From: a bacterium
GTDB taxonomy: Bacteria; Elusimicrobiota; JBDRMW01
Length of the DNA stretch: 58,819 nucleotides
NCBI GenBank assembly: GCA_043811735.1
Contig: JBDRMW010000129.1
Location: 1 to 58,819 of the forward strand
Reading direction: 5' to 3'
Shown here: positions 35,809-45,179 of the stretch, piece by piece
How the letters are laid out: every line of letters starts with the position of its first letter
Numbering within the stretch: the first letter of the stretch is position 1
Notes under the pieces: generated by a model
Seen by the model: the letters and a program-made list of their open reading frames with translations, nothing else
Databases searched by the model: none
Told to the model about the DNA's origin: nothing
Translations under genes and position numbers: made by a program

Positions 35809-37617
35809 TTACCCCTCCATGCAATACCAGGCAAAACTTTCTGGATTAATCTGATACGTATTTCCGGGACTGAGGCGGATTGGCAGCAGGGCGCCCGGCC
35901 CCAGCCATTTGGTATCGCTTGATTCGATTATTTTATGTGCGCGTTTTTTTAGCAGTCTGGGGATAAATTCCTGCGTTAGTTTGCCGAAATTATAGATACC
36001 ATATATTTTTTGTTTCTTTATAAAAAGCAGTTGTGTTTTTTCATCATGATCAACTGAGATGCTTTTTGTATCTGCAGGAGCATGATATTTTTTCCGCACT
36101 GAAATAAGCTTTTGGTATAAATCAAGAACTGCCTTATGAATGCCTTTTTTTCTTTTCTGCCAGCACAGCTTTGATGCAGCAAATACTTCCGTATCCTGCG
36201 GGTCAGGGATCTCCCCCGGCCAGTCAAATGATTCAAACTCTTTTGTTCTCCCCTCCCGGACCGCGCGGATAAGATCCTGATCGCTGTGATCAACAAAATA
36301 AAGAAACGGCGCATCTTCAGCATACTCCTGGCCCATAAAAATAAGCGGTACAAAATTTGTACTAAACAGAACTCCTGCTTTTAATTTGACTGCTTCCATT
36401 GAGACCAGAGATGCTTCACGTTCGCCGCCGAGTCTATTGCCGATTTGATCATGATTTTGGGTGCAGGCGATTAACCGTGATGCGGGTATATGTTTTGAGG
36501 ATGAGCCGTGAAATCTTTTGCGGTATCCGGAATATTTCCAGGAATACACAAATCCATCCCGGATGGCTGTTGTAAGTTGTTGAATATCCCCGAAATCAGC
36601 ATAATAGCCTTTATGTTCCCGGGTGAGAACCGTATGAAGGCTGTGATGAAAATCATCATGCCATTGCGCATCGATGCCATAGCCGCCTTTTCGGATACCA
36701 GTGATAACACGAATATCATTTAAATCACTTTCAGCAATCAGATATCTTTTTCTTCTGTCCTTTTGTGAAAATGCGTCTGCTTCTTCGGCGAGCTCCTGCA
36801 GGATATGTTTTGCGCCCCGGTCATATATGCCGTGAACAGCATCAAGCCTGAGCCCGTCAATATGGTATTGGGTAAACCAGTAGCGCATATTCTGCACAAT
36901 AAAATTTCTTACCCCGCACGAATACGGCCCGTCATAATTGACCGCATTGCCCCACGGTGTTTGGTAGCGGTTGGTAACATACGGCCCGAAATCATGCAGA
37001 TAATTTCCTTCGGGGCCCAGATGGTTATAGACCACATCAAGGATAACTGCTATTTTTTTCCGGTGGCATGCATTCACCAATTTTTTTAAACCTTCCGGCC
37101 CGCCGTATGAGTTCTGCACCGCAAAAAGATATGTCCCGTCATATCCCCAGTTGCGCCGGCCGGGAAACTGGGCGACCGGCATTATTTCAATCGCATTGAT
37201 GCCTGTTTTTTGTAAATCATCAAGCCGGTTTATAACCGCATCAAACGTCCCTTCCTTGGTAAATGTTCCTACATGCAGTTCATATATAATCATTGATGAT
37301 AAGGGGATGCCGCGCCAGGCATGATCAGTCCATTTAAACCAGGAATGATCAACAACTGCCGACGGGCCATGGACACCCTGCGGCTGATAAAACGATGCAG
37401 GGTCAGGGCGTTCAATCGTTTTATTAATACCATATGTATATGGGGTATCGGGTTTCACCTTAAAAGCAGTACATGTCCAGTATCCTGAACTGTTTTTTTT
37501 CATGGGGATTATCGTATCAGGAGAAGTTTGAAGATGCAGGGAAACGGATTCAATGCAGGGAGCCCATACGGTAAAAACAGATGATCCGTCTTTATTAAGA
37601 TATGCACCAATGTTCAT
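35809..37617 (-). CDS. treZ: Malto-oligosyltrehalose trehalohydrolase
   Basis: GH13 motifs DVVYNHLGPEGNY, GLRLDAVH, IAESDLND, QNHDQIGNR. Start taken at the internal ATG 37617 to avoid a 26-nt overlap with glgB, so the start is uncertain. Confidence 0.88.
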   Translation of the reverse strand: MNIGAYLNKDGSSVFTVWAPCIESVSLHLQTSPDTIIPMKKNSSGYWTCTAFKVKPDTPYTYGINKTIERPDPASFYQPQGVHGPSAVVDHSWFKWTDHAWRGIPLSSMIIYELHVGTFTKEGTFDAVINRLDDLQKTGINAIEIMPVAQFPGRRNWGYDGTYLFAVQNSYGGPEGLKKLVNACHRKKIAVILDVVYNHLGPEGNYLHDFGPYVTNRYQTPWGNAVNYDGPYSCGVRNFIVQNMRYWFTQYHIDGLRLDAVHGIYDRGAKHILQELAEEADAFSQKDRRKRYLIAESDLNDIRVITGIRKGGYGIDAQWHDDFHHSLHTVLTREHKGYYADFGDIQQLTTAIRDGFVYSWKYSGYRKRFHGSSSKHIPASRLIACTQNHDQIGNRLGGEREASLVSMEAVKLKAGVLFSTNFVPLIFMGQEYAEDAPFLYFVDHSDQDLIRAVREGRTKEFESFDWPGEIPDPQDTEVFAASKLCWQKRKKGIHKAVLDLYQKLISVRKKYHAPADTKSISVDHDEKTQLLFIKKQKIYGIYNFGKLTQEFIPRLLKKRAHKIIESSDTKWLGPGALLPIRLSPGNTYQINPESFAWYCMEG

Positions 37618-37624
37618 AGGCAGT

Positions 37625-39586
37625 TTATTCGTTCTTGTTTTTAAATACAATGATGCTTAACGGAGGAGAGACCACTGAAAGGGAATAATTTTTTCCATGT
37701 ATGGGGACCGGTACCGCCTGGCAGCCGCCAAAATTGCCGAATCCTGCTCCGCCGAATTTTTTTGCGTCGCTGTTTAAGACTTCCTGCCAGAATCCTTTAG
37801 CAGGAACCCCCACACGGTAATTGCGCCGGGGAACCGGGGTAAAATTGCAGACCACTAAAAAAATATCTTTGGTGCTTCTTCCTTTTCGAATATAACTGAT
37901 AACGCTTTTTTCCATATCATTGCAGTCAATCCATTCAAATCCGTCTTGTTCACAGTCAAGCTCATGCAGAGCAGTCTCATGCACATACAGATTATTAAGA
38001 TCCGTTAATAACAAGAGTATTTGCTGATGCCGTTCAAAATTAAGCAGATGCCAATCAATGCTCGCATCATGGTTCCATTCGCTCCACTGGGCAAGCTCAT
38101 TGCCCATAAAAAGAAGTTTTTTTCCCGGATGGGTATACATAAATCCGTACAACGTCCGCAGGTTTGCAAACTTCTGCCATTCATCACCGGCCATTTTCTG
38201 CAGGACAGAACATTTCCCGTGCACTACTTCATCATGGGAAATCGGCAGGACAAAATTTTCAAAAAACGCATACCATATGCTGAAAGTCAATTGATTATGA
38301 TCATATTTCCGGTAAATCGGATCTTTGGAAATATAGGTCAGCATATCATGCATCCAGCCCATATTCCATTTCAGGTCAAATCCAAGCCCGTCTAAATACA
38401 CCGGCCGTGAAACCATGGGCCAGGATGTTGATTCTTCGGCAATCGTTAAGGTATCGGGATATTTTTCATGCACCATTTCATTAAACCGTTTTAAAAACGA
38501 TATGGAACCGAGGTTTTCCCTTCCGCCGTAAATATTGGGCACCCATTCGCCTTCTTTGCGCGAATAATCCAAATAGAGCATGGATGCAACCGCATCAACA
38601 CGCAGGCCGTCAACATGATATTTGTCAAGCCAAAAAACTGCGTTTGAAATCAAAAAATTGCGCACTTCATTTCTTCCGCAGTTAAAAATCATGCTTTTCC
38701 AGTCCGGATGAAATCCCTGCCGGGGATCCTGATGCTCATAGAGATATGTACCGTCAAAATACCCCACACCGTGTTCATCCGAGGGGAAATGCGACGGAAC
38801 CCAATCAAGAATAACGCCGATATCATGCTGATGCAGATACTCAATCAAATACATGAAATCCTGCGGAGTGCCGTACCGGCTGGTCGGCGCAAAATAGCCT
38901 ACCGTCTGATATCCCCACGATCCATAAAACGGGTGTTCCATAACCGGCAGAAATTCAACATGCGTAAATCCTAAACGTGTAATATGTTCTGCAAGATAGG
39001 GAGCGGTTTCACGATAAGTGAGCGGCCGGTTGTTTTCCTCCGGAACTCTCCGCCAGGAACCCAGGTGAACCTCATATATTGAAATCGGGGCATGCAGATT
39101 GTTTTTTTCTTTTCTTTTTTTCATCCAGGCGGTATCCTGCCAGGTATATGCTAAATCCCATACCCGTGAAGCAGTCTGCGGCGAGATCTCCCAAAAAAAA
39201 GCGTAGGGATCGCCTTTGTCAACCTTGTATCCGTTATGATTAGATTCAATATGGAACTTATAGAGCATTCCCTGTTCAATGCCGGGGATAAACCCTTCCC
39301 ATATGCCTGCAGAAGAAGGATGAGCACTCAGCGGATGGGTATGCGGTTTCCAATGATTAAACTCACCCATAACCGATACTTTTTTAGCATTGGGCGCCCA
39401 GACGGCAAAATATGCACCCTGTTTGCCGTTGTGTTCAGTCAGCATTGATCCTAATTTTTCAAACAGACTGAAATGATTTCCTTCTTTAAAAAGATGCGAA
39501 TCATACTCAGTAAAAAGACTCAATCCATATTCAACCGGCCCTATTTTTGAATTTTTTTTATTTTCTTTTTTTATGTTCCCTGCCAT
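37625..39586 (-). CDS. glgB: 1,4-alpha-glucan branching enzyme
   Basis: GFTHVEFLPVMEHPFYGSWGYQ, ILDWVPSHF, DGLRVDAVASMLY, IAEESTSWP, SHDEVVHGK. Confidence 0.93.
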   Translation of the reverse strand: MAGNIKKENKKNSKIGPVEYGLSLFTEYDSHLFKEGNHFSLFEKLGSMLTEHNGKQGAYFAVWAPNAKKVSVMGEFNHWKPHTHPLSAHPSSAGIWEGFIPGIEQGMLYKFHIESNHNGYKVDKGDPYAFFWEISPQTASRVWDLAYTWQDTAWMKKRKEKNNLHAPISIYEVHLGSWRRVPEENNRPLTYRETAPYLAEHITRLGFTHVEFLPVMEHPFYGSWGYQTVGYFAPTSRYGTPQDFMYLIEYLHQHDIGVILDWVPSHFPSDEHGVGYFDGTYLYEHQDPRQGFHPDWKSMIFNCGRNEVRNFLISNAVFWLDKYHVDGLRVDAVASMLYLDYSRKEGEWVPNIYGGRENLGSISFLKRFNEMVHEKYPDTLTIAEESTSWPMVSRPVYLDGLGFDLKWNMGWMHDMLTYISKDPIYRKYDHNQLTFSIWYAFFENFVLPISHDEVVHGKCSVLQKMAGDEWQKFANLRTLYGFMYTHPGKKLLFMGNELAQWSEWNHDASIDWHLLNFERHQQILLLLTDLNNLYVHETALHELDCEQDGFEWIDCNDMEKSVISYIRKGRSTKDIFLVVCNFTPVPRRNYRVGVPAKGFWQEVLNSDAKKFGGAGFGNFGGCQAVPVPIHGKNYSLSVVSPPLSIIVFKNKNE

Positions 39587-39599
39587 ACCCTATCCTCTG

Positions 39600-42500
39600 T
39601 TATCTGTCATTCAGTAACTCTTTTATCGCTCTGATCGGTATACCGATCCAGGACGGCCGGTTATGTATCTCATAGCGCAGTTCATAGATTGCTTTTTCAA
39701 TAAGAAAAATATGCAGCAGCATATCCAGATCTTCGTTGTCTTTGGGCACAAAAGGAGCAGAACCTGCTGCCTGCAGATATGAGGTCAGATAAATACCGGT
39801 AACATACTGGTACCACGGTTCAATCCAGGCTTCTAAAAATGTTTTATCTTCTTGACGCACCGAAGGATGCAGCAGCATGGTGCCGCATATCGCATAATGA
39901 AATGACCTGATCATGCCCGCAATATCTTTGAACGGAGATGCCGGCAGTTTCCGTTCAGTAAGCGTCCGCGCAGGTTCCCCTTCAAAATCAATAATATAAA
40001 AATCCTTGCCGGTGTATAAAATCTGTCCCAGATGATAATCCCCGTGGATTCGGGTTTTTACCGCGGATATTTTTTTCTTAATGATCTTTTTTACCTGCTG
40101 CAGCAAGACTTCATCAGACGAAACTATCTTTTTTGCCGTCTCCTGAAATTCAGGAGGCACCATTTTTATGTTTTTCTTAATATCATCCAATGTCCGGTAT
40201 AAGAGATTGCGCACCGATTGATAGACTGAGCGCTGATAGAGCAGCGAATACGGTTCAGTTTCGAATCCGTTATCCCCATTGGTTTCAGCCAGGGCAGAAT
40301 GCATCTCAGCAGTCCGTTTGCCGAGGAGTCCTGCCACTTCTATAAACGGGTTACCGATAAGCTCCTGCATAAAAGCTGGAATGGATGATATATTTGTTTC
40401 ACGCCAGGAAGGATATGTTCCGGGAGGAGGCGGAAGTTCGGTTCGTTTAGTCATGACCCGTTCAAAATAACGCGTCACCACATCAATCGTATACTTCCAG
40501 GCATCACTTTCATTTTCAATAAATTCCTGCAGAAGTCCGATGGTATACGGCTGTTCTTTAGCACGACGGTATTCAATCGCACCGGCAAATGCAGGCGTAT
40601 GTGTATACTGCATTTTTTCAGTGAGATGCTTGATTATTTCAAGTTCAGGGCTGTTTCCCTGAACCAATCTCCTGAAGAGCTTCATGATGAATACTTTATC
40701 GTAAATAACAGATGTGTTGCTCTGTTCAGCCTTGATTATTTTAGATACCAGTGAAGCCTCGCGCCCCTTACTTAAACTTCTAAACTGCCTGCCGGGATAA
40801 AAACTTAACATCCCGGTCTTACCTTTAAGCGTCCTTCTTTTGGCAATGCTTAAGAGAAAATACCGGCCAAACTGTTCATCATGCAGGCATTCATACATAA
40901 TACCCTGTTCCCCGTTGATGATGAGAGATGCAATAATACTTTCCGGATAATCATGCTTGATTTTCTCAGCCGCATCACCGGTACGGTATGAGACCGGCAG
41001 GAGATACCGTTCAGGAATACCGTCCCTGTAATCAATATCAAGAAAAAGGATATAAAAGACCTGCTTATTAAATATAATATTTATATTTTCTGAAATGGTT
41101 ATCTTACGGATGGATTTTGATTTTGATCCAAACCATCTGCAGTGCATTATATAGCGTTCCAGTATATCTTTTTCAAACACTGCTTTGGCCTGGCTTTTAA
41201 AAACATTTTCCCAGGTATCTTTAAGCTGAACCGAAGGAATTTTATCAGCATCCATGGAAAGTTCCGTCTTTTTTTGTTTTTTTAAGAAAAACCAAAAATG
41301 CGTGTACGGACTGAATGTGAGCATATATGGTTTCTTTCTGATCGGAGGAAGTTTATTCTGGCTGAATACTTCAACCGGGATCATGCCCGCATACGAAGAA
41401 AGGTTCAGATGAGCGACCTGCGTAAATCGTGAAAGATTAGCGGCAACAAGCATTATTTCGTCTTCATACGAACGGATAAAACAGAGAATTTTCGCATTAT
41501 CGGTTTCGATGATGGTAAAAGCACCTCTGCTAAAGGATTTATACTGTTTGCACATGGCTATAATCCGTTTCATCCACCAGAGAATAGAGGAGAGATTACC
41601 TTCCTGGTTTTCAACATTTAATGCTTCGTAATTATATTCCGGATCAATAATGACCGGCAGGTAGAGTTTATGCGGATTGGCTTCAGAAAAACCCGCATTC
41701 CGGTCAGGACTCCACTGCATGGGCGTGCGCACCCCGTCCCGGTCACCCAGATAATAATTATCTCCCATGCCGATTTCATCACCGTAATAGATAACCGGTG
41801 TTCCGGGCAGGGAAAAAAGAAGGATGTTTAACAGTTCAACTTTTCTTCTGTTCTTACCCAGCAGAGGCACCAGCCGCCTGCGGATGCCTACATTAATCTT
41901 TGCTTTGGGATCTTTTGCATACATGTTGGACATATAATCGCGTTCTTCATCGGTTACCATCTCAAGGGTGAGCTCATCGTGATTGCGCAGAAATATGGCC
42001 CATTGGCATGTGTCGGGTATGGGCGGGGTGGTCTTTAAAATATCAATGATAGGAAAACTGTCTTCCATCTGCAGAGCCATAAACATGCGCGGCATCAAGG
42101 GAAAATGGAATGCCATATGGCATTCATCGCCGGCTCCAAAATACGCAGCCGCGTCTTCCGGCCATTGATTGGCCTCAGCCAGCAGCATTTTGCTGGTAAA
42201 TTTACTGTCGATATGCTCTCTCAGCTTTTTTAAAAAAGCGTGGGTTTCCGGCAGGTTCTCGCAGTTTGTATTGTCCCGTTCATAGAGGTAGGGCACCGCA
42301 TCAATCCGCACTCCGTCAACGCCCATGCCGAACCAAAAATCAACTACTTTAAACAATTCTTTCTGCACCGCGGGATTATCAAAATTAAGATCCGGCTGAT
42401 GAGCATAAAACCGGTGCCAATAATAACTCTGCGCAACCGAATCCCACTGCCAGTTGGATGTTTCAAAATCTTTAAATATGATCCGCGCATCTTTATATTT

Positions 42501-42926
42501 ATCAGGCGTGTCGCTCCACACATAAAAATTCCGCATTGTTGATTTTTTGGGAGCCCGCCGTGCTTTTTGAAACCACGCATGATCAACTGACGTATGATTC
42601 AGCACGAGTTCAGTTATAACCCGCAGGCCCCGTGTATGCGCCTGGTCGAGAAATTCTTTAAAATCATGCAAGGTCCCGTAATCAGGATGTATGTTTACGT
42701 AATCAGCGATATCATACCCGTCGTCTTTAAGCGGAGACGGATAAAAAGGAAGCAGCCATATGGCGGTGATCCCCAGATTATATAAATAATCGAGTTTCTG
42801 CGTGAGGCCTTTAAAATCACCGATACCATCTCCGTCGCTGTCGTAAAACGCACGCACATGCAGTTCATAAATGACCGCATCTTTATACCATAATGGATCC
42901 TGCTCAAAATATTTTTTTTTCATCAC
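39600..42926 (-). CDS. treS: Fused trehalose synthase (maltose alpha-D-glucosyltransferase) / maltokinase
   Basis: N-terminal GH13 TreS (WYKDAVIYELHVRAFYDSDGDGIGDF, GVDGVRIDAV, LLAEAN, FLRNHDELTLE). C-terminal Pep2/Mak kinase (RIHGDYHLGQILYTGKDFYIIDFEGEP). Length 1108 aa. Confidence 0.9.
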   Translation of the reverse strand: MMKKKYFEQDPLWYKDAVIYELHVRAFYDSDGDGIGDFKGLTQKLDYLYNLGITAIWLLPFYPSPLKDDGYDIADYVNIHPDYGTLHDFKEFLDQAHTRGLRVITELVLNHTSVDHAWFQKARRAPKKSTMRNFYVWSDTPDKYKDARIIFKDFETSNWQWDSVAQSYYWHRFYAHQPDLNFDNPAVQKELFKVVDFWFGMGVDGVRIDAVPYLYERDNTNCENLPETHAFLKKLREHIDSKFTSKMLLAEANQWPEDAAAYFGAGDECHMAFHFPLMPRMFMALQMEDSFPIIDILKTTPPIPDTCQWAIFLRNHDELTLEMVTDEERDYMSNMYAKDPKAKINVGIRRRLVPLLGKNRRKVELLNILLFSLPGTPVIYYGDEIGMGDNYYLGDRDGVRTPMQWSPDRNAGFSEANPHKLYLPVIIDPEYNYEALNVENQEGNLSSILWWMKRIIAMCKQYKSFSRGAFTIIETDNAKILCFIRSYEDEIMLVAANLSRFTQVAHLNLSSYAGMIPVEVFSQNKLPPIRKKPYMLTFSPYTHFWFFLKKQKKTELSMDADKIPSVQLKDTWENVFKSQAKAVFEKDILERYIMHCRWFGSKSKSIRKITISENINIIFNKQVFYILFLDIDYRDGIPERYLLPVSYRTGDAAEKIKHDYPESIIASLIINGEQGIMYECLHDEQFGRYFLLSIAKRRTLKGKTGMLSFYPGRQFRSLSKGREASLVSKIIKAEQSNTSVIYDKVFIMKLFRRLVQGNSPELEIIKHLTEKMQYTHTPAFAGAIEYRRAKEQPYTIGLLQEFIENESDAWKYTIDVVTRYFERVMTKRTELPPPPGTYPSWRETNISSIPAFMQELIGNPFIEVAGLLGKRTAEMHSALAETNGDNGFETEPYSLLYQRSVYQSVRNLLYRTLDDIKKNIKMVPPEFQETAKKIVSSDEVLLQQVKKIIKKKISAVKTRIHGDYHLGQILYTGKDFYIIDFEGEPARTLTERKLPASPFKDIAGMIRSFHYAICGTMLLHPSVRQEDKTFLEAWIEPWYQYVTGIYLTSYLQAAGSAPFVPKDNEDLDMLLHIFLIEKAIYELRYEIHNRPSWIGIPIRAIKELLNDR

Positions 42927-44923
42927 ATGAAATAATCAAAATCCGATTCCCGGCAATGTTTTCGAAGAAGCTTTAATATATGCACCGGCATAATCCCGGG
43001 ATTTAGTTCAACATAGTTGCGATCGCCCTGCCAAATGTATTTATCATCACTAATAAGATCATGGAGCAGATATGACTGTTTGGGGTCAATCCCAAAATCT
43101 TTGATCGGCACGCTCACCCACCCTGACTGTGTGTGATACGGATCAAGATTGACCACGACCAGAATGATATTGGATCCGTCCTCAGATGTTTTTGCAAAAG
43201 ACAAAAGAGATTCATTTGTAACATCCAAAAACCGTATATTCCAGGTTGTCTGCAGTGCAATGTTATCTTTGCGTATCTGATTGATGCGGCTGATAAGATC
43301 AGCCAGGCTGCCGGCTTCATGCCGGTCCCATTGAATTATCTCAAATTTTTCCGAGTCTTTGTATTCTTCTTTTCCCGGCAATGCTTCATTCACGCATAAC
43401 TCATACGCAGGCCCATAGATGCCGTAATTTGAAGACATGGTTGCTGCCAGCGCCAGACGTATCATAAATGCCGGTTTGCCCCCGTACTGCAGATATTCAG
43501 AAAGAATATCCGGCGTGTTCGGCCAGAAATTAGGCCTGAAAAATTCCTTAACCTCGGTTTGGGCAAGTTCAGTGAGATACTGGGTCAATTCCCATTTGGT
43601 ATTCCGCCAGGTAAAATAGGTATACGACTGGGTAAAACCTCCTTTGGCCAGCCGGTACATCACTTTCGGACGGGTGAATGCTTCGGACAAGAAGATAACA
43701 TCAGGATACTCTTTTTGTATTTCAGCGATCAGCCAGTCCCAGAATACAAACGGTTTGGTATGAGGATTATCAACCCTGAATATGCGCACTCCTTTATCAA
43801 TCCAGAACAACGTGATTTTTATTATTTCCTGATAAAGCGCGCTTTCTTGTTCGGTATCAAAATCTATCGGATAAATATCCTCATATTTTTTGGGCGGATT
43901 TTCAGCATACTGGATACTCCCGTCAGGCCTTTTTTTAAACCATTCGGGATGTTCTTTTACATACGGATGATCGGGTGAACACTGCAGTGCAAGATCCAGG
44001 GCAATTTCCAAACCATGTTCACCTGCTTTTTTAATAAATGTTTTAAAATCGCTGAGAGTGCCTAACAGCGGGTCAACCGCAGCATGTCCCCCTTCTTTTG
44101 AACCGATCGCCCACGGGCATCCCGGATCCCCTTTCTGCAGTTCGGGTGAATTATTCTTTCCTTTTCGTTTGGTTTCACCTATCGGATGTATGGGCGGCAG
44201 ATACAATACATCAAATCCCATGGCGGCAATTTCCGGCAGCAGTTTCTCGCAATCCTTAAACGTACCATGCGTATTCTTTTTGCCTGAGCATGACCGCGGA
44301 AAGATTTCATACCAGGTTGAAAAAACTGCTTTTTTCCGGTCAACATGCACTCGCAGTCCTTTTTCATATACTGATGCCTGTGTTTTATCCGGATACAAGC
44401 CGATCAATCTCTGCAGTTCATCACCGGTTATACGAGATATTTGTTCATTAAGATCTTTTTCTTTTTTTATGTTTGCCTGTATTTCCTGCAGACGTCTTGC
44501 ATGCTCCTGAGAAGCCCGTGCAACAGCTCGTTTAATATGTTCGATGCCGATTAATATATCAACGGAAAGATCTAAGCCCGCATCTTTTCTCTTTTGAAAA
44601 TCCTTCTGCCAGGTCAAAAAATGATCCACCCATCCTTCAATGGCATACTCATAATCGCTTAAGTTTTGAATTTTAAAATCTCCCTGCCACCGGTCATTAT
44701 TTAAAAAAACCATTGGTTTTTTCTGCCATTTTTTTAACCGGCATTCCCGGTATAACAGGTTAGCTGCAACCGTATCATGGCCGTCCACAAAAATATCCGC
44801 TTCAACCACAACCTTCTCGCCGACAACACGTTTAATAGGAAACATGCCGTTATCAACAGACGGTTTTACATTTTCTATAATCACCTTTTGTCTCATATTA
44901 TATGCAGCCATATTCACTCCCAT
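42923..44923 (-). CDS. glgE: Alpha-1,4-glucan:maltose-1-phosphate maltosyltransferase
   Basis: VIIENVKPSVDNGMFPIKRVVGE N-domain, YEIFPRS, VLYLPPIHPIGETKRKGKNN, FRVDNPHTKP. The stop overlaps the treS start by 4 nt. Confidence 0.9.
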   Translation of the reverse strand: MGVNMAAYNMRQKVIIENVKPSVDNGMFPIKRVVGEKVVVEADIFVDGHDTVAANLLYRECRLKKWQKKPMVFLNNDRWQGDFKIQNLSDYEYAIEGWVDHFLTWQKDFQKRKDAGLDLSVDILIGIEHIKRAVARASQEHARRLQEIQANIKKEKDLNEQISRITGDELQRLIGLYPDKTQASVYEKGLRVHVDRKKAVFSTWYEIFPRSCSGKKNTHGTFKDCEKLLPEIAAMGFDVLYLPPIHPIGETKRKGKNNSPELQKGDPGCPWAIGSKEGGHAAVDPLLGTLSDFKTFIKKAGEHGLEIALDLALQCSPDHPYVKEHPEWFKKRPDGSIQYAENPPKKYEDIYPIDFDTEQESALYQEIIKITLFWIDKGVRIFRVDNPHTKPFVFWDWLIAEIQKEYPDVIFLSEAFTRPKVMYRLAKGGFTQSYTYFTWRNTKWELTQYLTELAQTEVKEFFRPNFWPNTPDILSEYLQYGGKPAFMIRLALAATMSSNYGIYGPAYELCVNEALPGKEEYKDSEKFEIIQWDRHEAGSLADLISRINQIRKDNIALQTTWNIRFLDVTNESLLSFAKTSEDGSNIILVVVNLDPYHTQSGWVSVPIKDFGIDPKQSYLLHDLISDDKYIWQGDRNYVELNPGIMPVHILKLLRKHCRESDFDYFM

Positions 44924-45002
44924 TGGTCATAATGTGCACTAATTAACATGTAAGTATACATTATTTATAACTAACTTACAAAAAGCAAGCTAATTTTTAA
45001 CT

Positions 45003-45173
45003 GGAGTTTACCCGAAAATTTACAAAAACAGGAAATGAATTTGGTCGCAAAGAAAATTTTCGGCATCCGATAAAAAAATTTTCCTTGAGCAAACAAATTT
45101 ATTTCCTGTTTTTGCTTTTACCCTGTAAATTCAACAAAACTTTAAAAAGAACTATTAAAAACGGGTAAACTCC
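45003..45173. repeat. 171-bp composite (nested) inverted-repeat element between the ptsI stop and the glgE promoter region
   Basis: Outer arms GGAGTTTACCCG (45003-45014) / CGGGTAAACTCC (45162-45173), perfect. Middle arms AATTTACA (45017-45024) / TGTAAATT (45124-45131). Inner 21-nt arms 45023-45043 / 45094-45114 with 1 mismatch. The central loop holds the GAAAATTTTC palindrome and a TCGG-cat-CCGA hairpin. Confidence 0.8.
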
Positions 45174-45179
45174 TCAATT

